Source: Toensbergia leucococca (taxonomy: Eukaryota). From it: a DNA stretch of 64,000 bases. Shown piece after piece: positions 1-13,200 of the stretch (position 1 is its first letter; the number at the start of each line of letters is the position of its first letter). The stretch is taken from positions 1-64,000 of the forward strand of contig JALDZS010000033.1 in assembly GCA_022813965.1 (NCBI GenBank), written 5' to 3'. The notes under the pieces were generated by a model. That model saw only the letters and a list, made by a program, of their open reading frames with translations, was not told the origin of the DNA and searched no databases. The translations under genes were made by a program, and so were the position numbers.

Positions 1-80
1 TCGTTTCTCTGCATCACTATCTCAATCCATTCTACCTCTCATCTCCACACAGCAATCCACGCATCGTGACCTTCGCAACC

Positions 81-744
81 ATGGATCCCCTCTCCACATC
101 ACAGTCGGACCTGCCGGCCCCTCTTCCTCAGAAGCCTAGCTTCAATTGCCCCAAATACCCCAACATCGACCAAGCACTGAAGATGCGCTATGTTGGCTTC
201 GCGAAGCAGGTCATGAACGCAAATCCCGAGCACGACATTTTCAGCGTCTCCAGGTCCGAGATGGACCGAGCCTGGCTTTGGGTCGTGAGGAAGCTTGTCG
301 AGGAGATGAAGGTCGAGAAATGGATGGTAAAGAACACTCGTGAGATCAAAATGAAGAAAGCCAAGGCCATGGCAAGTATTATCCTGTCTTACTCTATGGC
401 GACTTCATAACGAGATGGGCTGGAAACAAAAACGCATTCGATGCCAAGAGCTCTCATCGTCTCATCTGAAGATATGTAACCAAATTAGAGAATGCAAACT
501 GATGTGCACATAGATGACACGTCCGGAGACTGAGAGACTATGGGCGAACGTTGCCATGCGTGCCGCCAAGCGTACCAAGGCGTCAAGCGTCGGAGAACAG
601 GGACAAGGCACGACAGGGACTGAAAATCATGACCTTCCGCCTAAAGCAGAGGATCTTAGCCAGGAGATGGAGGCCGTCGAAATGAGGGATACTGCCACTG
701 AGGGCGTTGCTACTGGGGTGGCTGCGATCAACATTCGATCCTAA
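81..744 (+). CDS. Hypothetical protein, ~173 aa, two exons (81-371, 514-744) joined by a probable GC-AG intron
   Basis: ATG at 81. Donor ATG|GCAAGT at 372, branch-like CTGAT at 499, acceptor CATAG at 513. The junction keeps phase 0 and links two ORF-track segments. No recognisable domain. Confidence 0.55.
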
Positions 745-1053
745 AGCGTTGAATTGGAAGGCTCGGTGTGGTCTTCATGTTAAGAACGAATGAATCAATG
801 GTTTACAGAGAGAGCAGGGTCCTTTTCTAGACCCACGAGGGTCGGTCGTTAAAATGCTCGTACCGGCACCGGATGATGTTTCCGCCGAGGTTAACAAAAA
901 ACCCCTGATAGGCCGAGATCTCGCCGCCATGACCAATTACCCTCTCTCATCAATGTATTTCTAAAAGAAGCTGGAGTATGTCCAAATCAGCCACAAAAGG
1001 ATCGAGTGAAAGTTGAACGTTGTTCTACATCTAGATCTTTGGCCACCTGTTAT

Positions 1054-1981
1054 CTACACCTTACCATTGACCCCATTCAGCCCATCCAACTTTCCCATCC
1101 CCTTCCCTCCTTCCACATACTTAACCAAATCCTCAATCGTACAAACCCTCAACCCCCACCTCCTCGCAAATTCCAAACACCCATCTCGCCTCATCATGCC
1201 TCCACCCTTCCTCTCCGCCTCCCCCTCCACTTCCACCCCCCATTCCACCATCTCGCTAATTACCGCCACCGGCTCCTTGCCAGCCAACCTACAAAACTCG
1301 ACTGCCGCCTCCGTATGCCCTCTTCGTTCTCGGATGCCTCCGTCACGGGCTCGAAGAGGGAAGACGTGACCTGGTCTGCGGAGAAAAGAAGGTTTGCAAG
1401 AGGGCGAGGCTAGGGTGCGGCATGTTAGAGCGCGGTCGTGGGCGGAGATGCCGGTGGTGAGGCTGGGGTGGGCGGCGTCAATGGAGAGGGTGTAGGCTGT
1501 TTGGTTTGGGTCTGCGTTTTGGGTTGTCATCTGGGGAAGAGCGAGGGAGAGAGTATAGGAGGTGGGTATTGGGGCGCAGATCAGGCCGCTATGAGGGTTG
1601 TGGAGCTATTTAGCAGAGGCTGGGTTTTATGAGAAGTCCGAGGTGACGGGGGGCTCTGAGGAATGCGGACCTTGTGTGGTGGATCATGAAGGCCATTTGG
1701 TCGGTTGTTACGGACTCAGCGGCTATTATCAGGTCGCCTTCATTCTCGCGGTCTTGGGAGTCAAGGACTACGATAAATTGGCCTTTTTCTGTAGACGTAT
1801 AGGGTGGTAAGCTTAGTAGATCATTTAGTAGGGAAAACACTTGATCGTGGGATAGAGAAAACAGTAGGGATGATTTGAACGAGGCGTAGAACATACTAAA
1901 TGCTTCTGTTGTATCCCATATTGTGTCAAATTCCAGCTTCTTAGGAGCTGAGGCCGGCGTTTGCGGAAACACCTTGGCCAT
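1054..1981 (-). CDS. RIB3: 3,4-dihydroxy-2-butanone 4-phosphate synthase (riboflavin biosynthesis), 3 exons
   Basis: Motifs [48 protein letters not shown] and RRGHTEAAV. Introns 1789-1896 (GTATGT..CAG) and 1589-1670 (GTCCGC..TAG) restore the frame. Confidence 0.95.
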
Positions 1982-2713
1982 CTATATTGGCTCCAAGGCG
2001 AGCCTCTATTAAAGTGTAGAATGAGAGAAGCTTCTGATTCACGTAGCTTATATCAATGTGTACGTTAATATCTAGGAACAAATATCAGAGATTCTTTCCA
2101 CTAGTCAATTGACTAATAACAGCTATAGCCTGGTGAGCGATCTCTATTCTGAACAGGAATCAATTGAGGTATGCGTCAAATGGGAATAAAAACGTGACGA
2201 GAATGGTGGTCATCCCCTCGGGACTCGGGAGTTGGGCTGATGATTTTAGGGCTTGGCGAGATGACGTGCAGAAAGTTACGTGCATTTTTAGCCGTTGCCC
2301 TAACGTAACGTTGCAACAAGCGTAAAGTGTCATCTATGGAGTATAAGTGCAGAGCATGTGGCTGAAGAAGGCGGAGATCAAAGTAGTCAGGTCTTTTGAA
2401 AGAAAATGGGTATCAAAGTCATGTATCATTTTTACAGCTCAAGTAGCATTGGGATTGACATTGTTTGTACGGAGTAAAGTCGTCTAATTATCATAACTCT
2501 TACAAATCCCACAAGCTAATTCCGAAGGATATCTCGGCCACCTATAGATTGCGCCCTTCCCGTATCCCTTGGCCTGGCTGTCCAACCTTAATCATGCCGT
2601 GTTACGCCCGACCAATCGTTCATGACCCATATCTCGTGCCACTATTCTCCATTCAAACCCAAAATTGTATGTCAAGACAGTTCAAAACAGGCCACAGGTA
2701 AAGCGTCTCCATA

Positions 2714-4538
2714 CTACAGCGCCGGTGCATCCCATGCCTCTCTTCTTATTTTCATGAGTGCGGCTTGCTTGTGGGGAAATGCTATTTCCCTCTGTTTATA
2801 GAATCCCGCTTTCAGAAGATATTGAATGATCCTAAACATCCACGTCAATAAGCCCTTATACTATCTTCAAACCAAGAAATAAGGAATAGGCTTACTTGTC
2901 ATGATCTGCCCTTGGCTCCATCAAGATATTCATCGTCCTCTGGTCCGCCAACCAGCAATAGTGGACCAAGGCACTCAGCCAAACACTCACCCTGTGCGGA
3001 CCCCTGAATTCCTGTTCACCCACTAGAACATGAATACCCCTATCCCAATCGCCAACGTCGTTGCCCGCAATATGCGCACCGAACCGATCTTCTTTCACCC
3101 AGTAAATCTCGAAATATCCAAACGGCTTCCCGTCAAAACATCCAATGGCCGGAAAACTGTGCTTGTCCTTTAGACCAGACTCAAGAAAGGCTTCCTGAGT
3201 CGCCAAAGGGCCAGAGACGCCCCAAGCTGCAGAAACACGAGGGTCGTTCATCCACTTATGGAGGAGGTCGGTGTCGCAAGGATGAATATTCATATTGGTA
3301 ACGCTCAAAGGCCGCCCAGGTGGGTGGCCTGGACTGGGAGGAGGCAGCAGGGTCGGCGCAGAGCTGAAGACTCCCCCGTGGGCGCCTACGCTCGGGATCG
3401 AAGCAGTTGCAAAGCTGGTGTTTGAAGGAAGGTAGTTCGGGGTAGGCTGAGACACCGGCCCATAGTGTGTGGTGGGTCGTTGAGATAGTGAGGCCACCCG
3501 AAAGGACAAGTATTGACCGAGACTGGGAACGTAGCGAGTATAAAATGTTTCGCCTTGCCGAGGGGGTTTGGGCCGTAAGGGGTGTCTGGTTGAGTTCGTA
3601 AAGGTGTATTGTGCTGGAGGAGGCGGATAGTAGGTAGGAAGATGACTGCCGGATTGAAATGGTCCTGTCGTTGGCGACGACGGAGTCCCCGGTCTCGGCG
3701 TAGTGCCATCTTTGACTGGCGAGCCTGGTCGCGAATTGTAAGGCGAGGAAGGTTGGAAAGGCGAATGCATCGTTGGGGACAGCGTGAATAAAAAGAGACG
3801 AGGGTCCAATTGCCAGAATGAACGTTGACTAACAAACATCTCTGTCCAGCCGTCACCATGCCGATCATCCATCTCAGATCCGACGGAAGAATCTTCGCTG
3901 CTGATAAGGCTCATTCGCTCTAACTTTTGTAGTAAATGTCTGCCCTTGAAGATGCCTTCGCGCTTGATATTGACACGCCATTCACCTTTCGGTCTACCAG
4001 CCAGGGGGGTTTTGGAGCTGTCAGGGGTCGAGAGATGCGGGTCTGGAGTGGGCTTATTCCCAGAATTAGTCTGTCGGGTTCGGTGAGTTCATTTCGAAGA
4101 TTTTGAGTGTACCTGATGGAAATACCACCACAACGTTGCCCAGAGCATCATGGCTGTCTGGCGGGTCGGCGAAATGGCAGGCCTAAAATCGGAATCGCTG
4201 GGATTAGAGATTGTGGACATGAAGAGTGTGTCATTGCGTAAAGTAGGCGTTCGATAGCGGTGATATTGATGTCTCTTTGCTAGCTGGTGAAGGTCGCCTT
4301 CGAAATCCGAATTATGATCGACATGGTTGGGATCCGAAGGTCGGTCATTCTCGTTTCCTTCTGACTCTATGATGATTGTCCAACCAGGGGAAAAGGCAGC
4401 GTGGTGAAGGTTGAGATCATTGGCCTTGAAAAAAAGGCCACCGAAAACTGGAGAGACTGTGATAGTCTGGCCATTAGGCAGGTGCAAGATGTTTGCTTGA
4501 GCGGAGCCGGGGCGGAGGGGCGAGGGTAAGACGGACAT
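2714..4538 (-). CDS. sidL: GNAT-family N5-hydroxyornithine acetyltransferase (SidL/IucB-like, siderophore precursor), 3 exons
   Basis: N-terminal [18 protein letters not shown]-terminal AlcB/IucB-type domain ([55 protein letters not shown]). Introns 4053-4112 and 2832-2895. Stop TAG at 2714-2716. Confidence 0.85.
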
Positions 4539-4684
4539 TGGAAGATGCAAAGTCCTACATTGCGGAGAGAGAAGTCATTTATAAGGGCTGCGGTGATTAT
4601 CAAAGTTTTGGGGTTGAGATACCAGGACAAGCTAGCAAGGTTATATGGATACGGACAGTGTAAAACACATAACCAGGCGCTGCC

Positions 4685-4693
4685 TACGGAGTA
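4685..4693. promoter_or_regulatory. TACGGAGTA motif (representative; other exact copies at 2468, 8891, 14685, 25239)
   Basis: Exact 9-mer or its reverse complement seen five times, always intergenic and upstream of a start codon. Confidence 0.5.
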
Positions 4694-6373
4694 GAGATTC
4701 GCCGATTCGAGATTGGCGCTAAGACGGGTGAGATCCTGCGCGTTTTCTTTCTCAATTCAAAATTTCAGTTGATGTTGGGGCAGTACAGTAGACTTTTCCT
4801 GAAGCCGACTTTTGCGCTGTCATGCAGTCCTTGTTCTCAATTGGCCATGATGACATCACTAAGACTGGGTAAGAAGGTAGCTTGGGGCTGGCATAATCAG
4901 ATGCAACACTTTTCAATGCTGGTAGACCTGGGAGGCACTTTCTGCAGGGGACAGTCAACTCTTGGCCTGCACTTCCTGCTGACTGCCGACCACGACCACT
5001 TGGCCTGCGTCTGGTTGCAATCAATTTGTGTTTCCCTGCACCATGCGCGGAGGCGTCGAATAAGGAATCAGCTGTGGCCAACCGGCTTTCAATTCGATGA
5101 TCGATGATGGATGATGACAAAAGGTCTAATTGCATAAGGTAGAGGTACTTCGGTCGCGTGCTACTCGCTACGTCATGTTTACCAGACCGACATTGACTTT
5201 CCTAATGCTCGCTTTTCCAACTGTATGATATCAGATGTTTTGAGAGGGGTCCGGCTTGAATCATGACGCTGGCCTGCAATTGTCTTCTCCGAGAGACAAA
5301 GGGCCATTGCAATCCTTATGCTTTTCCTTGCATTTAGCTACTGACTCTGGGAAAGGGTCACCAGCCAGCTTCAGCCAACATTCCAGGCCTCCCTTGCCCT
5401 AATTGAAGGGTTTATCGTGAATCCATCGGCTGTCGAGGCCCAATTTCTTAGTTCGCTACACCCAAGAAGTGATACCTTACTCTAGTGGACTGCAACCCCC
5501 GCAATACACCGAGTTGATGAGACTGTTAAGTCCTTATGGCTTGGCCGCGATGAGTCGCGCGCCTGTCGCAAGCGTAGGAAGCTTCGGATACCTATGCTGT
5601 GTCGCCTAGGTAGCTACATCAGCGAACGGAGCGAGTGGAGCTATCATTATCGATGTGTCAATGCATCAAGTATTCTACCTGGCTTTGCCCCATATTACTT
5701 TCGGGATCCATTTCCCACGACATTGCAAGCAACTACTGTTCTGAAACAGGGCCGATCCATGCTTTCCCTGGGAGGATCTTGTTTCATTCCTTGGATGTAA
5801 CTTCCCTAAGGTGTCTTCAACATTGTTAGAATACTCTAGATAGGAGAAAGGGTTATCAAGATGGTCACATCTTTTCTTTGGGTCTGTCTACCAAACTATC
5901 AACGCCTTAATTGTCCGACTATTGAAGTTCTTGTAACATCAATCCTATCGTCGCCACTTTCATTGACATCTCGAAAGCTTTGGACATTCTTTTACTTTCC
6001 TATGTTTACTTAGCAGATGCCAATATGATTCCCGAATTCCTCGTGCAGGTACGCAAGATGCAATGGTACTTCTGGATCAGATATTCAGAGGTCTGCGACT
6101 ATGTATCGCCTCCTCTTGGTGGTCCTAGTAGGACTTTGGAAACAATGGCTGAGCAGTACCTTGCAGCTTTTAAGAGTGAAGCACAACCTTCATCGTGTTC
6201 TTTCTATCTCTTATGTACTGCTGCCTTGCGGCAACATTCACATGCTATCTACTTCATCAGACTCGTGCGCCATACCTACCCACCAACCTACGTATCACGT
6301 CTCCATCTCTTCCTTTTTGTACATCTCTGCCTACCGTCTAAAGTGCTTCCATCTCCCCTATCATCCAGTTTCT

Positions 6374-8387
6374 ATGCAATCTAGTGATTCCAACGCCATC
6401 GAGCTATCCATGCTAGAAATATGCCCTAAAATTGCTAAAGTGGCTGTAACTGCAGAGCCGACGGGCGTCTTGAACAGTGTGGATCAGTCAACCTTTTACG
6501 ACGACAATAGTTCGCAAGAATCAGAACATGGAGAAGAACAACTGGCCCATAATGTCGCTGATAAGCCCTTACCCGAGAAACCATTACCAGCGAAACCCTT
6601 GCCCCTTCCACCGGGCGAAACAGAAGCAGAGCCGGAGTATCCCACAGGGCCTAAGCTAATTTTGATTAGCTTTGCACTCTGCCTCGCGGTGTTCTTGGTA
6701 ACTTTGGTAAGCTCCTGGACCATTGTGTAGGCGGTGAAAGGATATTGGCCTGTAGCCTCAGAAGTTTTGGGAACCAACATGACAAGGACAATGCTGATTG
6801 TTAGCTTCCCGCAGGACCGGACCATCATTGCCAACGCCATTCCTCAGATTACCGACCAATTCCATTCTTTGGACGACATTGGCTGGTATGGCAGTGCTTA
6901 TTTGATGACCACTGCCTCTTCCCAATTAATCTTTGGCAAACTCTATTCTTTTTTCTCTATCAAATTGGTCTTTCTAGCGACCATTACCATCTTCGAGGTT
7001 GGATCTCTTGTCTCTGGAGCAGCACCCAACTCTCCAACCCTTATCGTGGGTCGTTGTATAGCAGGGATAGGATGCGCTGGTGCTTATTCGGGGGCGTTGG
7101 TTGTTGCTGCACACTCCGTACCGCTACATCGGCGGCCCGTCTATTCCGGCCTCATTGGTAGTACGGCGCTGGTAGCAGCTGTGGCAGGTCCTATTCTAGG
7201 CGGTGCCTTTACACAACGGGCTTCATGGAGGTAAGCTGCGGGTCAACCCTTGAACGAAACCATACCTGATGGAATCTCAGATGGTGTTTTTACATCAATC
7301 TGCCAATCGGCGCTATTACATTCCTAGTCATTGCCACATTCCTCAAATCTCCCCAACAAGAGAAAATGACTTCTCTTAGCTTTCAAGCGAAATTCAAGTA
7401 CCTTGACCCCTTGGGCGCCGCCATCTTCATGCCAGGAGTGGTGTGCCTTTTGCTAGCACTTCAATGGGGAGGTACTAGATTCCCCTGGAGCAACGGTGTC
7501 ATAATCGGTCTTTTCATACTTTCCGGTGTTTTGGCAATTGTATTCATTGCCATACAGATCTGGAAACAGGAGGAGGCAACCCTACCGCCAAGAATAATTT
7601 CTCAGCGCAGCATGGCATTTGGAACTTGGTTTTCCTTTTCTTCGTACGCTGCCTTCATACTGCTAACTTACTTTGTCAGTCTCCATCAAACCCCCCCCTC
7701 TCCTAATAGGCCTAACATTCAGGATAAATAAATTAGCTGCCCGTCTGGTTTCAAGCAGTCAAAGACGCCTCCCCCATCGAATCCGGCATCATGACCCTCC
7801 CCCAAACCCTCGGTGTCCTCATTTCAACCCTCATAGCGGGAATCCTCGTCTCAAAACTCGGTTACTACACCCCCTTCATGCTCGCCTCCAGTGCCATAAT
7901 CTCCGCCGGCGCAGGCCTGTACACAACCTGGCGCGTCGACACCGGCCCCGCCGCCCGAATTGGCTACCAGGCCCTCTTCGGCTTCGGTCTCGGCCTCGGC
8001 TTCCAGGCCCCTATCATAGCCGCTCAAACCGTTATGAGCATCGACGACATTCCAATCGCCACCTCGGCTATCCTCTTTGCGCAAACCCTCGGCGGTGCTA
8101 TCTTCGTCTCCGTCGGTGAGAGCGTCTTTGAGAACCGCCTCGCATCCGGGCTCGTAGCCCGTGTCCCAAGCGTCAACCCAGTGGCAGTCATCAGTACAGG
8201 CGCGACGGGCTTTAGACGGGTCGTTGACTCGGAAGATTTGCCTGCTGTGCTGGTAAGTTATAACGGAGCGTTGACGAAGACATTTGTTGTGTGCGTGGTC
8301 ATGGCTTGCTTGTCGATGATTGGAGCTGCCGGGATGGAGTGGAGAAGTGTTAAAGGCGAGATGGAAGTTGGGAAGGGGGAATCGTGA
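6374..8387 (+). CDS. MFS drug/toxin efflux transporter (14-TM DHA2, AflT/GliA-like), 4 exons
   Basis: Motifs [75 protein letters not shown] and GMEWRSVK. Introns ~6707-6814, 7231-7280, ~7675-7735. Confidence 0.93.
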
Positions 8388-8955
8388 GTCTTGAGGTTTT
8401 TTTTGGCGGTGGGTCTCCTGCTTTGTCTCCCTTTTTTCTTCTTTTTGGTGGAAAGAGGGGGAGAGGGTGATCGAGAGAGTGGCCTTTTTGGTGTGTCGGG
8501 ATTCGGGTGGATGATGATTGTGTTCCTTTCCTGTTGGATTTGGGGAATGTGATTCAGAGTGTGTTTATTTCCCTCCCTTTTGTATTTTGGGTACGTCATG
8601 AACTTAACGAACCGATACTCCTGTTATGTACATATCTATTTTACTCCTTAGCTCTCTCTCATATAGCCTTTTCATCCCACGTACAATTTTGTCATCTTTT
8701 TTTACATACATTGATAGCTCATGCTTTATTACCTACCTCGCCTCTTTCGGTCGGTAAGTAAGCTCGGTGGGTAAGTCAGTTTATCCGGTGCTCCAAAGGT
8801 TAGGCGACCAGCACCCCTGTGTCTACCCGTGCACGCCGTGCTACCTTCCGGGTTTTAGCTCCTACCTGCCGACCTGATTCCTCGGGTACTTACGGAGTAC
8901 TCCACGCCCAATCCCACCACCAAACCTCCACCTTACCACCACCTCACCTCCAAAA

Positions 8956-9783
8956 ATGCCTCCTCAATCCCCACTCCCACCCCCACTCCCATCCCCTCTA
9001 AACCTAATAATCCGCTTCCCCCTCTCCCTCCCCGACCTCCCCCTCCACATCCCAAACCCGCACACAACAACCCCGCTATCCCTCAAACTCCTCATCCGCC
9101 CACACCTCCCACCAGCGCACCAAACCAGCGCCCTCCGCCTAATCCACTCGGGCTTCCCCCTCCCAGAAACAACCCCCCTCTCCACCTCCCTAAAACTCCC
9201 ACCACAACAACAACAACAACCAACCTACATCCACTGCTCAATCTCCACCCCGCTCTCCCCAGCAGCTCTAGCCACCGAACGCCACCTCGCCACAGCAACC
9301 TCCACCCCCACACCTCGCAATGCCATCAATCCCCAACAAGCCGCCCCCTCTCCCCGGCAACAGCAGCAACCGACCGGCTTCGACCGCCTCCTAACCGCCG
9401 GCCTCACGCCCCCCGAAATCGCCTCCCTCCGCTCCCAATTCCTGCTCCTCCAAGCCCACACCCACACGCCCGACACAATGCCCGACGGGCACACCCTGCG
9501 GCGCCTAGAAGAGCAGTGGCTAGACAGCGGTCCCTCCGGCGTCGCAGATGGAGGGGGCAGCGACAATGGTGGTGGCGGTGGTGGTGGTGGTGGGGAAAAC
9601 GAGGAGGAGGGGGGCGCGTTGGAGGATATGTTGTGGGGGAATTTGATGGGGTTTTTTTGGGCGGTCGGGGCCGGGGTGTGGTTGTTGAGGGAGGAGGGGG
9701 TGTGGAGTCGACGGAGGCAGATTGCGGTTTGTACGGGCTTGTTGGTCAATGTTGCGTTTAGTGTGTTGAAGGTGACGAGTTGA
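8956..9783 (+). CDS. DSC3: Dsc E3 ubiquitin ligase complex subunit 3 (DUF2407 ubiquitin-like domain plus C-terminal TM region)
   Basis: N-terminal ubiquitin-like IIRFPLSLPDLPL..LRLIHSG..YIHCSI. C-terminal GFDRLLTAGLTPPEIASLRSQF, LRRLEEQWLD, LWGNLMGFFW and WSRRRQIAV. Intronless. Confidence 0.85.
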   Translation: MPPQSPLPPPLPSPLNLIIRFPLSLPDLPLHIPNPHTTTPLSLKLLIRPHLPPAHQTSALRLIHSGFPLPETTPLSTSLKLPPQQQQQPTYIHCSISTPLSPAALATERHLATATSTPTPRNAINPQQAAPSPRQQQQPTGFDRLLTAGLTPPEIASLRSQFLLLQAHTHTPDTMPDGHTLRRLEEQWLDSGPSGVADGGGSDNGGGGGGGGGENEEEGGALEDMLWGNLMGFFWAVGAGVWLLREEGVWSRRRQIAVCTGLLVNVAFSVLKVTS

Positions 9784-10251
9784 GGCGAATGTGTGATGGG
9801 GCTTGGCTTGGGGATATATGCCTGGGGTTTTCCGTTTTCGGGGACTTTCTCCTGGGTTTGCTTGGGGCATGGGCAGGATCATTCTCTTGGGACTGGATGA
9901 GGTGGAATGATTGGTTGGAGGATACTGCTGTAGTGGTGTTACTGGCTGGTCAATCTAGGCCATTGCTGCCTTCACGGTTTTTTTGAAAATTGCATAGCGA
10001 GGGTTCTTGTTAGGTGTTTGTTTAGGATTGCATGCGCTACTTGACGCACGTATGGATGCTAGATATATGATGTACAATATCCTCATCTTTCATCTAGATA
10101 CAAACGCTATCGGGGTATCTCGCATTTCAAATTGCAAATTTGCAACCAGGTAGATCACGGCAAATCGGCAGCTAAGCCTGCTCCTCGAGTCGCTGCTATT
10201 CTAGGCTCCCTCCCCAAATGAGCTTAAAGACGATCATGTCTACAATGAAGA

Positions 10252-13200
10252 TCAAACACCACCAGAGCGAGTAGGATCATCTCCTCCGAACAAGCTTGTT
10301 GCCGAGGAAGACCCACCAGTGTTTGGTGCCATATTTTCAGTTCGATCATCATCACTGGCACTTGTGCCCAAGCTAGAACCTGCTTGCTTTCTGATCGGTG
10401 TCGCAGGGTCCGTCGAGATTGTGAAATTAGGATAACTTCCGATCTCATGATCAAACATTTCACCTGCAGCGAAGTGTACCGCACTTGCGGATTGCTCACA
10501 CGGGACAGTAGCACCATCATCGCTCTTGATGCTGACTTTGGGAGCTTTCCTCCTCTTCGGCTTGGTCGACCCCAGCAAATCTGATTCAACTAATATCATC
10601 TCTCCAGATGAGGCCTTTCGTTTGCGCGTCCAGTCACTGGTTTTTGGCGTAGATGATTCACCAGGTAAGATCAGATCAGCATCAGGATATTCAGTATTGA
10701 CAGTACCTTTGCTAGTGCGTCCAAACACTTGCTGCGGAGATTGCAGCCTCGCTATCTGACTGTTGACATCAAGAGACTCTTTGTCGGTAAGAGGGATGAA
10801 CCTAGCATTCTCGATGATATTACGCATTGCAGAATCATCAAGGAGACTTTTCTCGGCTTTTTGATGCTCCTGCGCCGTCATTCCTTTCCGTCTTTGCAGC
10901 ATTTGGTCCTCAAGCGTGTCTTTCAGGACAAGTGTCTCCACATACACTGGCCGTGTTTGTCCAATCCGATGGGCACGCTTGATGGCTTGTGCCTCGACAT
11001 TGGGCTGCCACACAGGGTTGACAAAGAAGACACGAGACGCACTGGCAATGTGAAGGCCATGGGCGGCATGCTGTACATCCATAAGCAAGACGCGAAAGGT
11101 CTCCGTGGTGTTGAAAGTTGCGATGTAAGAGTTTCGGCTGGTAACTGTCAGGGTCTTTGCGTAGATCAAGAAACGAACATCTATGAGCTCGAGAACTTGA
11201 GCGATATAATACGCAATATGTTCAGCCTCGTAGAAGATGAGTATTTTCTCGCTCTCATGAAGAGCAATGACTCTATCAAGTAAATAGCTTAGCTTTGCTG
11301 AAGCAGTACCACACAGCTGTGTCTTATTTAAAGAAGAAGTTGGAGGAAGTCCAGGCACTGTTGTAGTGGAGGATGGTTTGAGCGCGGATTTGAGGTTTGT
11401 TGACTTGGACAGATCTTTTGGTACCTGTGCCTTTGGAGGGCTCCTAATCTTTCTCGGGCTTTGAGTTAGTCTGGCCTTGGACATGGTATGCTTCTTTTCT
11501 TGAAGTTGCTTCTCCTGACTGAAGCTTGATCGCGGGATCCCTTTTGGTAGGCTCATTTCAAGATCCGTCTCTGTCTGAGTCTTAGCTTTCGACTTCTTAT
11601 TGGATGGTTCAGTTTGCGCTTGTTGCCATGCTTTTTGCATGGCAGTTTCGCCAGCAGCAGCGAGACCATTTGCGGGATCAGATGCATAAAGCTGTTTGTT
11701 GACAAATTGCTGAGCTATCTCAAGCTGGGTAGCACCAACAAGTAGCGCACCTGTGGTCTGTCCATCTAGAAGTGACCATGTATTCCGAGCATTGTCAGGA
11801 AAAGCTTCGACAAAAACTCCTAGCTCGTGAAGTCTGCTGAATGCTATCCACGACGGAGATTGTAATGCTATCGTACCAATCCTGATAGCTTCCTGTAGCA
11901 AATAACGATCCTTCAACTTGTCGTATGATCCTGAATGTGTTATCGTATCATGTATCTCCTTGGCGTCTGATTTATAGAGATGATTTCTCTCCAGGTACGC
12001 GCGACTGAACCTCAGTGATTCTGAGATATCATGAGAAGGGAATCCTGTCCAGTAAAAGCCTGAATGCCTCAAGTTACTGATCAATCGATGTAAATGCGCC
12101 TTGTTCTTATGGTGAAACATATAATCTTGATCAATGCGTTCAGAAGTGACCGCATTGACAACGAGAACCAAGATAAACATATTGATACTGAGCTTATCAT
12201 GCCAACTCGGCTGCAAATACACAATGCGATTATGCAGTGGCGGTAACTGCAAATCCACCTCGATGTCTTCGATCCGATGGCGGACGACAAGACTTTCGAG
12301 AATTTTCTGCAAAGATCTGGCCTTTCTACGCCCGTCCTCGAAGGGCATAACATATTTCGGCCAAGACGCAGGATCTTCTCCCCCTTTACCATTTGCCCAT
12401 GGTCTCAAATTTAGGAAATCAACGACAATACGGCCTAGTCTTTCAAGATCTCGACGCTCTTGTATCAAAGCAGATTCCTTCCTTCGGGCTCTAAGAGTGT
12501 CTCGATTCGCTGCAAGGTCTATGCCATGGACGCCAAGTAGAGTTTCGTTGACGGCAGTGCCAACTTCGACACCTAAGAGACCGGGGGCAGGTGTCCCACT
12601 AACAATCCATCTCCTATCAACATGAAGATTCTGTAGCACGTTAATTGCGTTAGTCTTGGATCCAGTGGGAGCAAAGCCATGTCCTTCATCGACTATGATA
12701 CGTAGGAAGTGTAAATCCTTGAGGGGTGAGTTGTAAGAGACGGTTTGAAAACAATTGCAGCCATCCTTGAATGGACATGTACAGATAGTCTTTGTTGAGG
12801 AAGACCTCCGTTTTTTGGAAGACATCTCGTTATCAGGGATCTCCCTCTCAAAAACCTGTTTTGAGATAAGGATAATATCGTAACGTAGCAATTCGTCCGC
12901 AGGAGGCATCAGCTGTTTCAAAGAGTCTATTAAAAGCACCTTGAGGGCGTCTTTGTTCAAGTGTGATGTGATTTCGTTTTGCCATTGCATGATTAGATTT
13001 GACGGTACAATGATAAGCGTGGCAGTGCAAAGTCTTATCCGTTGTCCTGGCGGGAGGACTAAAGGCTGGCGACTACGTCTGGGGACAGGTGCTGGAATAA
13101 CGTATGAACCAATGTTCTCTTCAAGTAATGCTGAGCAGCTCTCGTGATGGTCACCGTTATCAGAAAGTTCCTGGAAATATCTCCTCCACGGGATTTGCTC

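Noticed and set aside
2714..8387. Siderophore cluster (sidL plus divergent MFS)
   Set aside because: No NRPS or ornithine monooxygenase is present. The MFS looks like a DHA2 efflux pump rather than a SIT-family importer, and I found no clear SreA ATCWGATAA site.
10132..10145. Perfect 14-bp palindrome TTGCAAATTTGCAA between convergent genes
   Set aside because: A few palindromes of this length are expected by chance in 64 kb, and there is no supporting context.
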